The notes below the pieces were generated by a model. It made no database searches. It was not told the DNA's origin and saw only the letters and a program-made list of their open reading frames with translations. 64,000 nucleotides of DNA from Hemiscyllium ocellatum. Taxonomy: Eukaryota. A program made the position numbers and the translations under genes. Below are positions 37,450-49,539 of this stretch, piece after piece (positions within the stretch are counted from its first letter, which is position 1; the number at the start of each line of letters is the position of its first letter). The stretch covers positions 76,868,738-76,932,737 of the forward strand of contig NC_083419.1 of NCBI RefSeq assembly GCF_020745735.1, read 5' to 3'.

Positions 37450-38830
37450 GCCGACCTGTGGAAGCAATATGAAGCCTATCTATCCTCCACTATTCCATTT
37501 TTATCCAATGACCTTTTAAATGCTATTAAATTGGCGAGTGTGCTATTGTTCCAGGCGGTGCGTTCCATGCCCCTACTACTCTCTGAGTAAAGAAGCAACC
37601 TCTGACATCTGTCCCCTATCTATCAGCCCTCAATTTAAAGCTATGTCCTCTCCTGCTAGCCATCACCATCCAAGGAAAATATCTTTCACTGTCCCCCTTT
37701 GTTTATTTTTATGTCTCAATTAAGTCACTTCTCAACCTTCTTCTCTCAAACAAAAACAGCCTCAAGACCCTCATCCTTTCCTCCTAAAACCTTCCCGCCA
37801 TACCAAGCAACGCCTTGGTAAACCTCCTCTGAACTCTTCCAAAGCTTCCACATTCTTCCGATAATGCGGTGACCAGAATATTTCACAATACTCCAAGTGC
37901 GGCCACACCAGAGTTTTGTACAGCTGCAGCCTAACCTCGCGGTTCTGAAACACAGTCCCTCTATCGATGAAAGCAACCACAAAGTATGCCTTCTTGACAA
38001 CCCTATCAACCTGGCTGGCAACTGTTATGGATCTATGTACATGGACACCGAGATCTCTCTGCTCAGCTACACTACCAATATGGATTGCCTTGGATGCGTG
38101 TCTTGTGATAGAGGTTGTGTGGTCCGGGCATGAAAGGTGTGTAGCAGGGTAGGGTTTGTCAATGTGAGTGGAAAGTTTTGTCTAGACAGAGTAAGTGCAG
38201 TGGTTAGTCTGAGAGATGAACTGCGTGACAGTTTGATAGTTATTAAAGTTAATAGTTACTTTTTCATTTCTCAGATCATGTTTATGGAAATACTCAGCTG
38301 TAACACTGCAAAGTCTCTGAACCTTAATAGTCCTCCATTTTTTTCAGAGGCCTCCAGCATTCAGATAATTGTAAATCAGAAGTTTTAACTTCCAGGCAAT
38401 TGGCATGAGTTCAACTTTGACTGCCATCCTCCCAGTCCCAGTGCTCAGCTCCTGCCTGTGCTGCTGCTGCAGTGACCTTCCACCCAAAGAGAACATTCTG
38501 CCTTGCACTGATAAGTGAGGAAGGCTCACTGGACCTGATTTCGAAGTATGGGGACGGCAAACACAAGTAGACACAACTTTATAGTGAAGGGAGATAGGTA
38601 TAAGTCAGAGGTATTTACTTTACTCATTGAGTCGTAAGGGTGTGGAGTGCTTTGCCTGCAATGGTAGTAGTTTCGCCAAGTTAAAGTGCATTGAAGTCGT
38701 CATTGGACAGGCATATGGACGTACAGGGAATAGTGTAGGAGGAATGGGCTTCAGATTCGTATGAGAGGGCAGGGTAACATCGAGGCCCAAAGGGCCTGTA
38801 CTGCGCTGTAATGTTCTATATTCTATGTCC
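37450..38830. mobile_element. CR1 fragments (minus 37450-38075; plus 3' end about 38570-38830)
   Basis: LQLYKTLVWPHLEYC (minus); tail GGGCCTGTACTGCGCTGTAATGTTCTATATTCTATG (plus). Confidence 0.8.
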
Positions 38831-38899
38831 TGTGATTCACTCTGATTTCTCTCCGTGGATACTGCCAGCTGTTGCGTATTTCGAGCAGCACGGTACCGA

Positions 38900-39215
38900 G
38901 TGGGGCGGCACGCTGGTCCCGTAGTTATCATTGCTGTCTCATAGTGCTCGGGGCTCGGGTTCGATTCCAGCCACGGGTGACTGTCTGTGTAGAGTTGGCA
39001 CTTTCTCCCCATGTCTGTGTACGCTTCCTCTCACAGTCCAAAGAGGTGCAAGCTGGGGGAATTGCAAATGTTGTGTTCAGGAATTAGGAGGTTAGAATGC
39101 ATTAGTCAGTGTTAAATGTAGAGTAATAGGGTAGGGGGAATGGGTCTGGATGCGTTACTTTTCAGAGGGTGGGTGAGGGCCTGTTGGGCCAAGTGGCCTG
39201 TTTGCACACACTGTA
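38900..39215 (+). mobile_element. Older diverged HE1-like SINE
   Basis: GGGGCGGCACG start, GGGTTCGATTCC B box, GGGCCAAGTGGCCTGTTT end. Confidence 0.75.
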
Positions 39216-39566
39216 GAATTTCAATGAATCTGCATTTCCTTGGTTTGGGTTTGTGAAACCTCTCTGCTTTTCACTTGCAATCCAGTGAAAGTGTCAATTG
39301 GTGAGATCGTCAAACAGTTACTGGTGGTGGGATCAGGATGTTCTTCTTCATAAATTATATGGTAATTGGCAAGTTCGAGGGCATGTTTATAAAGAGAGAA
39401 CCAAAGATCATGATCAGAAACTGGTAGGAAACAAAAACAAAAACATTTATGCTGTAGACTTCAGAGGGAGCATACTGGCAAATATTTACAGCTGACGATA
39501 CATTTGATTAACTGATAAGGTCAAATTAACAGGAACTAACATGCTCAATTGGTCATTCTACTGTAG

Positions 39567-39872
39567 AGATACCTTCTCCCCCCACGCTGTATGGTCTGGT
39601 CACCTCCTGTCAGAAGCACAACACCGGTTCCGTGATCTTTGGTTGTTTGGTGATGGACTATTCCCGTGACGTCACCAATGTAACCTGGAAGAAAGGTGGG
39701 GAGCTAATCACGACTGGATTGAAGACTTATTCATCAGTGAGAAACAAGAACGGAACCTACACCCTGAGCAGCCAGTTAACCGTGCCCAACTCAGCGGTAG
39801 ATTGCCCCAGCAAAATCTACTGTGAGGTTCAACACAGCGGGTCACACAAAAGCAAAGAAATGCCATGTCAAG
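39567..39872 (+). CDS. IGHM: IgM CH1 exon
   Basis: TAG acceptor, phase 1; [15 protein letters not shown]...FGCLVMDY...TW...IYCEVQH...MPCQ; donor G|GTAAGT. The Cys in TSC is the position expected to bind light chain. Confidence 0.95.
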
Positions 39873-39959
39873 GTAAGTGTTGTGGGAAATGAGATAAACA
39901 GAGCATCTGGGACTAACATGAATGAAGCATTATTTATAACGATTTTCACTGAATCACCT

Positions 39960-42900
39960 CATACAGCACAGGAGAAAGGCCCTTTGGACCATCCAGTCCA
40001 CGCCTATCAATAGCAGCCACCTAACTATTCCAATCTCATGTGCTAGCACTTGATCCATTGCTTTATATGACTTGACTTTGCAAGTATGCCTCTAATTACT
40101 TCATAGTGGTTATGAGGGGCTCGGTCTCGGCATGACTTATAGGCACTGAACTCCAGACTCACACCACCATCTGTTTGATTTTGTTAAACTCGAGATCAAC
40201 TCTAAACCTCCTGGCCTTACCTTCACCATGTGCTCCTGAGGCATTGATCTCTCCATCAAGGGGAAAACTTTCGTCCAGTTTACCCTGTCTATGCCTAAAA
40301 TAATTCCAGATATCATGATAATCTTCTCCGTAATTGTCCTCTGCTCCAAGAAAAACACATGTCTAGCTAATCTAGTTTCATAACTAAAACCCTCCAACCC
40401 AGGCAAAATCCTAGCAAATCTCATCAATGCTGCCTTCAGTGTAATCACATTTACAGAGTCATAGAGATGCACAGCATTGAAATAGACCCTTTGGTCCTAC
40501 CTGTCCCTCCAGACCAGTTATCCCAAGCCAATCCATTCCCACCTGACAGCACCCGGCCCATTTCCCTCCAAGCTCTTCCTATTCATATATCCATCCAAAT
40601 GCCTCTTAAATGTTGCAAATGTACCAGCCTCCACCAGTTCCTCTCGCAACTCATTACATGCACGTTACACACTCTGCGTGAAAAATTTGCCCCATAGGTC
40701 TCTTTTATATCTTTCCCCTCTCAGCCTATCCCTATGCCCTCCGCGACACCAGGGAAAATACTTTGCCTAATTACCCTATCCATGCCACTCGTATTTTTGT
40801 AAACATCTATAAGGTTAACCCTCAGCCTCCGACGCGCCAGGGAAACAGCACCAGCCTGTTCAGCGTCTGCCTGTACCTCAAATTCTCCAACCCTGGCAAA
40901 ATCTTTTCTGAACCCTTTCAAGTTTCGCAACATCTTTCCGATAGGAAGGAGACCGGAATTGCACGCAATATTCCAATAGTGGCCGAACCAATGTCCTGCA
41001 CAGCCACAACATGACCTCCCAACTCCTGTACTCAATACTCTGACAAAAAAAAGAAAGTATACCAAACGCCTTCTTCACTATCCTATCTATCTGCAACTCC
41101 ACTTTCAAGGAGCTATGAATCTACACTGCAAGGTCTCTTTGTTCAACAACACTCCCTAGGACCTTACGATTAAGAGTATAAGTCCTGCTAAGATTTGCTT
41201 TCCCAAAATGCAGCACGTCGCATTTATCTGAATTCAACTCCATCTGCCATTTCTCAACCCATTAGCCCATCTGGTAAAGATCCTGTTGTAATCTGAGGTA
41301 ACCCTCTTCGCTCTCCACTTCACCTCCAATTTTGGTGTCATCTGCAAACTTACTAACTGTTCCTCTAATGCTAGCTTGAAAATCAGTTATGTAAATGATA
41401 AAAGTAGAGAACCCAGCACTGTACATGATCCCGACCTTATATTTTCTTGTAAACATTGCCACTGAAACAGCACAAATCACCAGGACAGCAAACAGCACCC
41501 AATGTATAACACCGCAGGTCCATCAAGAACATGCACACAACGCTTCAGTATGGCCTAACCTGTGTTTTATTAAGGTCCAGTACCATCTCCCTACTCTTCA
41601 TTGTCAATGTATCGGCTAATGAAAGCAAATACCTTTCCCACCTTCTTAGCCTCTTTATCCAGACGACACAGTACTATAGGGGATTGGTGGGTATGTATAC
41701 CAAAGATCTTCAGTCCTGTCCAGAATTTCACCATTCAAAACGTAATACCTCACAGTTTCTTCTCCCGAATTACATCACCTTACAGTTATCCAGAATGATT
41801 TCCATTTGCAACTTCTCTTCACATATAACCAACCCTTGTATGTCCTTCTGCTGTCTAAAGTTAGTATGTTTATCACTTACCAACATGACAAGTTTCCTGT
41901 CCACTGTGAATTTACTGGTTAATCCTCCTACATTCGAGACTCAATCATTGGTATATAAGAGAGACAACAAGGAAATCAACACCAATTCCTGCAAAACACC
42001 ACGAGACATAGATTTCCAGTCACGCAGACATCCTATGACCATTATCCCGGCTCCCACCACTCAGCTAGTTCTCGATCCAATCTGGCAAATTAACTCGGAT
42101 CCCATTGGCTCTGATTATTTCTATCATCTGGACATCGAGTTTTCCCTCTGAAAACTACCATCAAATTGTTACACATGACATCCTCTCAATAAAACACTGC
42201 TGAAAATTGTTGATTGATCTTCCAAATGAAGACTAATTCCGTTTCTCAATAGTTCCAATAGTTTTTCCACCACTGTGACTAGCTTGACAGATCTGTATTT
42301 TCATTGTTCATCCCTTCCTTCGTCCTGATTAACAGTGCAACATTGGCTGATCTACACTCAGCACAATTGCTGTGGCCAGACAGTCATTCTAAATTATTGT
42401 CAGCGACTCAACTATTTAATCTTTTGCATCACTCAACAGCTTGGTATGCATTTCATCTGCCCTGGAAATATAACCGCTTTTCATCCAGCAAGACAACACA
42501 GAACATTACATCATGTGTCCTAATTTTCAAACGTACATCACAACACTCCTCCATGATTTTTATCCCCAAATTGCCCCTCTTCCTAGTGAACACGGACACT
42601 ACACAATAGACAATAGACAATAGGTGCAGGAGTAGGCTATTCTGCCCTTCGAACCTGCACCACCATTCATTATGATGATGGCTGATCATCCTCAATCAAT
42701 ATCCTGTTCCTGCCTAATCCCCATAACCATTGATTCCACTATACTTGAGAGCTCTGTTCAACTCTTTCTTAAACGAATTCAGAGACTGGGCCTCCACTGC
42801 TTTCGGGGGCAGAGCATTCCATTCACCCACCACTCTCTGGGTGAAGACGTTTCTTCCCATCTCTGTTCTAAATGGCCTACCCGTTATTTTTAAGCTGTCA

Positions 42901-44470
42901 CCTCTGGTTCGGGACTCACTCGTCAGCCGAAACATGTTTCCTCCCTCCAGAGTGTCCAATCCTTTCATAATCTTATATATCCCAATCAGATCCCCTCTCA
43001 GTCTTCTAAACTCAAGGGGATACAAGCCCAGTCGCTCCAATCTTTCAACATAAGATTGTCCCGCCATTCCAGGAATTGACGTTGTCAACCTACGCTGAAC
43101 TCACTCAATAGGCAGAATGTCTTTCCTCAAATTTGGAGACCAGAACTGCACACAATATTCCAGATGTTTGTTTCGACCACGACCTAATCCTCTGGCTCCA
43201 CTCCAGTATTAACACTTACTGATCATTACTGTTTCCCGAATTATTCTTTTATTATGAATGAGCCTGTAACTTTAAAAAATATTATCCTTTATTTTGACTG
43301 CTATTATTTTCTCATGGTCCCTTTTGCTCTCCTAATACCTCTTTCTTTCAACGTCCCCCTTGCACGTCCTGTCCTCCATAATAGTATCTATTGTTCTGAG
43401 ATTTCAGTATAGAACAGAAGTCTCCCTTGTTTCTCTTTATCTCACCCTCCATGCCCTTTGGTGTCCGCAGTCCACTACATTATTGGTCCTACGCAGTAGC
43501 TTTTTGGAAATGATTTCCCTGTTCTTTTCTTATTTCTTTCTTAAATATGTCACACTGCTCTGATTTAAATTTACCACTAAGTGCCAGTTTCCAGTCCACT
43601 CTGGTCAAATCATTACCTGATCTTATTGACATTGTCCTTCCCCTTCAGAACTTTGGGTCAATTTCTATCCCTTTCCAGAACAATCTGGAATCTAACCGAT
43701 TTAGGATCACTATCTGCACTGTCCATTGATGTTTTGCACAATGTGTTGACTTCATTCCCTACAGTTAAGTCTAGGTTCACCCCTCTCTTGCAAGGTCTTG
43801 ATTAAAATTCTCTGTATGAAACATATACTTCTTTAAAGTATTCTCCTGGGGGCATTTTCAGAATTCTGCTCCCTCTAAACTTTTGTCAAAAATGAATATC
43901 CAAGCCTACGCTGAGGATGTTAAAAACCTCTTTTCTCATTCCCCTATTTAATTTACGTTTCTGTGAAATTTGCCCATGCATCTGCACTTGGTCATTTGGA
44001 CTTATAGTAAGGTCTATTGTGCTCTCCCAGTAGTCATGTTTGCTGTATTTTGGTTTTGAAGTACTGTCCATTTGGCTTTGTTCGAGGAGGTATACATGAT
44101 TTCATATCTCTTTACAGCCTAAAATACTCTTGTTAGAATTGCGACAGAAGCAACATTCGGTACCGCACACCCCCGCCCCCATCCTATTCAATCGTTCCGT
44201 GCCTCGCTTGACGGCAGTACATCCTAAAATATTGAATACACTCCTGTCCCGCTCTCAATATGTCTCTGTGATAGCAGCCTCGCAATTTTTCTCATTTATA
44301 CCGATAATGCATCTGTCTTGTTCATTAGACTCTGTCATGAAAACGAATACCATCCAACGTTGCTATCTCCCTTCTGATTTAACCGGCCTATAGTTTCTCT
44401 GCCTCCTTGATTCACTTGCTGTGTACTATAATTTTAGCCTTTCACATTGTCCTGTTGGTCTTTCTGCGTG
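39960..44470 (-). mobile_element. Nested CR1 LINE fragments filling the CH1-CH2 intron
   Basis: VRPLLEYCVQF..YRKDVAKLERVQKRF, SKFADDTKIGG and YVERLERLGLYPLEFRRLRGDLI on the minus strand. Confidence 0.85.
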
Positions 44471-44603
44471 GATCCCAGCTTCTCCAGCACTCTGCACCAT
44501 AATGATTCTTGTATCCATTAACCACAAGAAACCCTGATATATGATAACTGATTGTATTTGTTATGGAATCTGTCAGATAATTTGTGCGATGTATTTACTA
44601 AAG

Positions 44604-44915
44604 GTCCAGATATTCTCCAACCAACTCTTCTCCTTACTGTGAGCTCCAGTGAAGAAATCGCAAACAGCAAGTTTGCAACCGCTGTCTGTTCAATCATCGA
44701 TTTCCATCCGAAGTCAATCTCCATGATCTGGTTGAAAAATGGCCGACCCTTGGATTCTGGCTTCTTCACGTCTCCCGTGTGTGAGGCAAACGGGAATTTC
44801 TCGGTGACGAGTCGGCTGATGGTCCCTTATGGTGAATGGTTCAACAGCGCAGTCTATACCTGTCAGGTCACTCATGGAGAGAACATTCAAAGTAAAAATA
44901 TTACCTCACTCCAGG
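44604..44915 (+). CDS. IGHM: IgM CH2 exon
   Basis: AAG acceptor, phase 1; [18 protein letters not shown]...[10 protein letters not shown]...WLKNG...YTCQVTH...; donor G|GTAAG. Confidence 0.95.
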
Positions 44916-46449
44916 GTAAGAGACACATACTGAGAGAGCTACAAATCATTCTGAACTCTGATGTGAATCAAACACAATAATTTATCAGCCTTAGTAAACA
45001 GCACGGTACAGCGTCTCATTTCCCAATATGCCACATATCTCATTTCAGCTTGAGTGTTACATTTGCATTGCTCATAATCCAACATTTTGGCAAGTCAAAA
45101 AAACATGTTTCCCCTCTGTTGAAGATAGATATATAGACAGTGAGCTTTGTTAAATAGCTTGTTGGCTGACCACCTGGGAGAGGAATTCAGAGGGTTGAAT
45201 CTTTGCCTGGTAGCCGCTTCAAGGATAAGTTTGGAGGAGGAGGGGGGGGGGGATATTGGAGATATATCTGATTGAGATATAGAAAATAATGAGAGATTGA
45301 GGTGGAGTGAACATGGAATAGATGTTTTGACTGGTAGGCGAAACGAGGATCCAAGGGCGCAGTCTCAGGGTCAAAGGGGAATCGTTTAGAACTGAGATGG
45401 GGGGGAATTTCTTCAGACTGAGGGTGATTAATTTGTGGAGTTTGTTGATGCAGAGGGCTGTGGAGGCCAGGCCATTGTTTGTATTCAAGCCAGAGATAGA
45501 TCGGATCGTGTTTAGTATAGGGAGAACACAGTAGAATGGCTTTAGCCCGAAAGGTCGATTTTCTTGGTCGTCGGACGCTGCCTGGCCTACTGTGCTTTTC
45601 CAGCACCATTGTGATCTAAACTCTGGATTGGCCAAGCCAATCTGATCCTCTATCTTATGATGTTGTGGTCTCAAAATGACGTGTTTAAAATATGCAGTGA
45701 CCCTTACTTGAAAATAAATCAAAATGCGTTCAATGCTCAAGAATGAGCTGTTGGCCTTGGATATTGTACGACATCGATTTTTTTTCTGGTACTGAGCTCC
45801 TTAACTTCATTTATGGGATCAGACCACAGATCAAGTGGGTATCACATTGATTAACTGGGATAAACGTGATTTCACTAAGCTTCTTTAAGATGCTCTCTAT
45901 AATTAGTGGATGATACAGGAGAATAAATTCTGGTAAGAATGCTACAATAGGGACGAATGAACTAGGAACTTGAGACATGCTGATTTATCCTAGTTTGGGG
46001 TGGCGATGTTTACACAGTGTATAATGGATGTCTATAAAACTAGTGCACATTTCCATCGCTTTTCTGGATGAATTTCAGATGCTTTTGCTTGTTTCTCTTT
46101 TTCTGTGTTCTATGAGGAAATTAATAATTGCGGCTTGGTAAATAAATTGAACGTACAGACTAGTCATGAACTAACTGAATAGAGGGAAAGATTTAAGGAG
46201 ATGGGTGTCCTTCTCGATATCCAATGCTGTACTCAGTGTCTTGTTTTCGGATCTATTCCCAACTCAGCCCACGAGAGACAATGACATAAATTAGAGAATT
46301 ACATCATACCAATAACGGAAAGTATTTTCGACCACATTGAATATAATGAACAGAATTCACTGTTCCTGTAACACTGCAGAACTCTGTAAAGAGAATAACT
46401 ATTATTTAGTATAATTTGTCCAAAATTTGGGATGTTATTTGTCCGGTAA

Positions 46450-46576
46450 AAAGTGAAGTCTGCAGATGCTCGAGATCACAGCTGAAAATGTGTTGCTGGT
46501 TAAAGCACAGCAGGTTAGGCAGCATCCAAGGAATAGGAAATTCGACGTTTCGGGCATAAGCCCTTCATCAGGAATG
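46450..46576 (-). mobile_element. Penelope-derived element end with the cleanest minimal hammerhead-like motif (46540-46575)
   Basis: Minus strand reads AUUC-CUGAUGA-A-GGGC-UUAU-GCCC-GAAACGUC-GAAU. Confidence 0.75.
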
Positions 46577-47008
46577 TGTCAGTCAGTTATTTGTCAGTCA
46601 CCATGACCAGCAGCATTTGCACCTAAGGGTTATGCACGTGGAAATTAACTAATTTATATTCAGATTACTTTTGTCACAAGTATCAATAGATGTGAGAGAC
46701 AAACTCTGAAAGAAAGGTAATTCCATGGGTTACGTTATGGTATCTTCGATGATTTTACTTGTTTCACAGGTTTCACTTGTTACAAAGGCAGTGCTCTTTA
46801 GGAATAATTACACAGGGTATGTTATAGGTAATCACAAATGCTTTCACAAAGCAAAATACATCAACAATAGTAAGCATCGTTTCAGCAATAGTTGGAGTTG
46901 CCATTTTGAAGGTGGTGTCTTCACCATGTGAAGAAGTAATCTGAAGATTGGGTATTTGCAACATAAAGAGGCACTTTTCATTGACTTTGATTTTTTGTTT
47001 CTTCAAAG

Positions 47009-47314
47009 ATACCGAGTGCCACGCTAACACCGTTAAAATCCTCCCACCACCAGTAGAACAAGTCTTACTGGAGGGGACGTTGACGTTAACCTGCGTTTTG
47101 TCCAATCTTCCTTCTGGAGTCAACGTTACCTGGACACAGGAAAAGAAGCCTCTGAAATCAGAGATTGCTGACCAGCCTGGACAGAATCCCGAAAGCCTGA
47201 TCAGCAAATTGGACATTTCTACTGAAGTCTGGCTGAGTGGTGTTACTTTTGAATGTGTGGTGTACTATCAGAATCTATCGACTTCGCTGAGAGACTCCAT
47301 CCACAAGGAGAAAG
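47009..47314 (+). CDS. IGHM: IgM CH3 exon
   Basis: AAG acceptor; [29 protein letters not shown]...[10 protein letters not shown]...FECVV...SIHKEK; donor G|GTGAGC. Confidence 0.95.
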
Positions 47315-47767
47315 GTGAGCGGTGAGATTAAAACACAAAGGATCTCATGTGTAATCCGGATCCTGCTACATCAATGGCAGCCTTTGATTGGTAATGAACA
47401 AACACCGTTGGGAGCATTAATGATGCATCTGAAGGCAGGATAGCTAAGTAGCTGATTAAGAAAAAGATGGAACAAAAGATATTTTATTCTGACTAAGTCA
47501 GATAAGGTGGGAAGAAGCCTGGGTTGTGATGTCACCATCAGCAATGACAATTGGACAGAATGCCCTTGTTGTGGGCTGGAAACATGGCGACAACTTTCAC
47601 ATTAAACTTTACTTTTTTATCTGAACAGAATATGTACCATTCTGCTCTTTTAGAGAACGAAAGTGAATAAATCCCAAATTAAAAATGGCGTATTTTAATA
47701 TTTCGTGAAATTGTGATATTGGTTCATTTTTAAAATTTAATTTATATTTGTCTCAAATATTCTGCAG

Positions 47768-48159
47768 TGATTAATCTGCTGGAGCCATCAGTGTCGGTCC
47801 TCCTGCCACTAACAAAAGAAATCCCCGCTCAGACGTTTCAATCCCTCACCTGTTTAGTGAGAGGTTTCTCCCCCCAAGTGATCTTCGTCAAGTGGACAAG
47901 CAATGACAAGCCAGTGAATCCCAGTAACTACAAGAACACCGAGGTGATGGCAGAGAGTGACAACATCTCCTTCTTCATGTACAGCCTGTTATCCATTACA
48001 GCGGAGGAGTGGGCCAGTGGTGCTTCTTACTCCTGTGTGGTGGGACATGAGGCAATTCCATTGAAGATCATCAACAGAACAGTCGATAACTCCAGCGGTA
48101 AACCGAGTTTCGTAAACATTTCAATTGCATTGATGGACACTGTTAATTCATGTCAATAA
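47768..48159 (+). CDS. IGHM: IgM CH4 exon plus secretory tailpiece
   Basis: CAG acceptor; [10 protein letters not shown]...WTSND...[25 protein letters not shown]; tail [20 protein letters not shown] with sequon and penultimate Cys; internal donor G|GTAAAC at 48097/48098 for the membrane form. Confidence 0.97.
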
Positions 48160-48160
48160 A
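48155..48160 (+). promoter_or_regulatory. Candidate secretory poly(A) signal overlapping the stop codon
   Basis: CAATAAA contains both the TAA stop and AATAAA; T-rich tract at about 48202-48212. Confidence 0.55.
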
Positions 48161-48839
48161 AATCTCAAAGTTGCATTTAATAATTCAACAGAAATAATAA
48201 CGTTTTTATTTCCTCAAGTTGCGAGCTAAATACTGAATTAGTTGTTACTCACTCTGGCTTACATTCCATCTGTGCAGTTAAAGTGGATTATTAACAGGTC
48301 CAAGACGAGTGCCTTGTGTAGTTAATGTTTTCTGCTCAGATACACCCTGAGTCAGAGACAACGTAAAGCTCACTCATTGCAGGATTCCACCAAGTACCTT
48401 AGCCATCCTAAATCCCTCTGTGACAAAATCTGAGAATGTCCATTTTATATCAAGGGTATGGCACCAGTTTTGAACTTGGTGTTCTTGATTCCCCCGATTG
48501 GACATTCTTACAAAATTCATGTCAGTTTTAAACTGCCACTTTGCACCAATTGGAAATGTAAATTTAAGAAACGTTAAAATTAAACTTGATTGGAACATAA
48601 CAATCGTAAAGAGTGCAGAGCAATTTGAATGTAACCTTTGTTTCTGGGGAACTGCGAGGGATCTTGCGCCAGCGCATGAGTTGACAGAATGTATCTTCAC
48701 TTTCACACTGAAGAGAATCGATAGATGAGTTGTTGTGGAGCAGAAGTGAGAGGGACGATGAATGGTCTGTCCTCTTGCTCCCTGTGCAGAGTTTTCATGC
48801 TAGATGTCCTCTGTAATGTAATCCAGTTGCTAACAGGAA

Positions 48840-49063
48840 CTGAGCTGAAAATGTGTTGCTGGAAAAGCGCAGCAGGTCAGGTAGCATCCAAGGAGCAGGA
48901 GTGTAGACGTTTCGGGCATGAGCTCTTTTTCTGATTCCTGAAGAAGGGCTCATGCCCGAAACGTCGACTCTCTTGCTCCTTGGATGCTGCCTGACCTGCT
49001 GCGCTTTTTCAGCAACACATTTTCAGCTCTGATCTCCAGCATCTGCAGTCCTCACTTTCTCCT
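48840..49063. mobile_element. Penelope-derived hairpin element in the CH4-TM intron with a sense-strand hammerhead-like motif (48934-48969)
   Basis: Inverted arms; AUUC-CUGAAGA-A-GGGC-UCAU-GCCC-GAAACGUC-GACU on +. Confidence 0.75.
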
Positions 49064-49539
49064 GTTAACAGGAACAGTCAGCTTCTTGCTTGATGTCTGA
49101 AGATTTAAAATTTCCACGCAAAATAATACCTTTGAAATATGTTGGTCAAGCTCGGCCCTGTTAACAAATGATTAACATTGACTCCCATAAACTAAAACCA
49201 GTGTTTCCATCGTCTGGTCTGAATTCTATAGTTTGGGCTCAGTTTTCTGGAGCACATGGGATCAATTCAGGTAGTGGAGCACTTGATATCATTTCGTTTC
49301 ATATACAGAACACAAGTAGACGATTTCTGATAAACATATTCAGAAAAGTTATTTCTGGAGCAGTGGGGATTTGAACTCAGGCCTTTTGTCTCAGAGACAG
49401 AAATTCAATCATTGCAACAGATGAGTTGCTCAAAAACGCTTATCTCTCCACGACGATGGGAAATGTTTCCTGCAACACCAAGGTCAGATCTAATTTAGGC
49501 AATCCATTAAAATTAGAACAATAAAATTAGAATAATAAA

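Noticed and set aside
19667-45068. Perfect octamers at 19667, 26552 and 45061
   Set aside because: About the number expected by chance in 64 kb of AT-rich DNA, and none lies in the proximal VH promoter.
29162-48159. IgNAR or IgW identity
   Set aside because: The V has a full FR2/CDR2 (WVRQ...GLEWL), and there are four C exons with IgM-type CH1 and the IgM secretory tail; no extra C exons were found.
28984-48159. Processed (retrotransposed) Ig pseudogene as the explanation for the joined VDJ
   Set aside because: The leader intron and all C-region introns are present with canonical splice sites.
39567-48159. Direct equivalence to nurse shark IgM1gj
   Set aside because: IgM1gj is described as lacking CH2, whereas an intact CH2 exon is present here. 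Orthology or CH2 skipping cannot be judged without alignment and cDNA.
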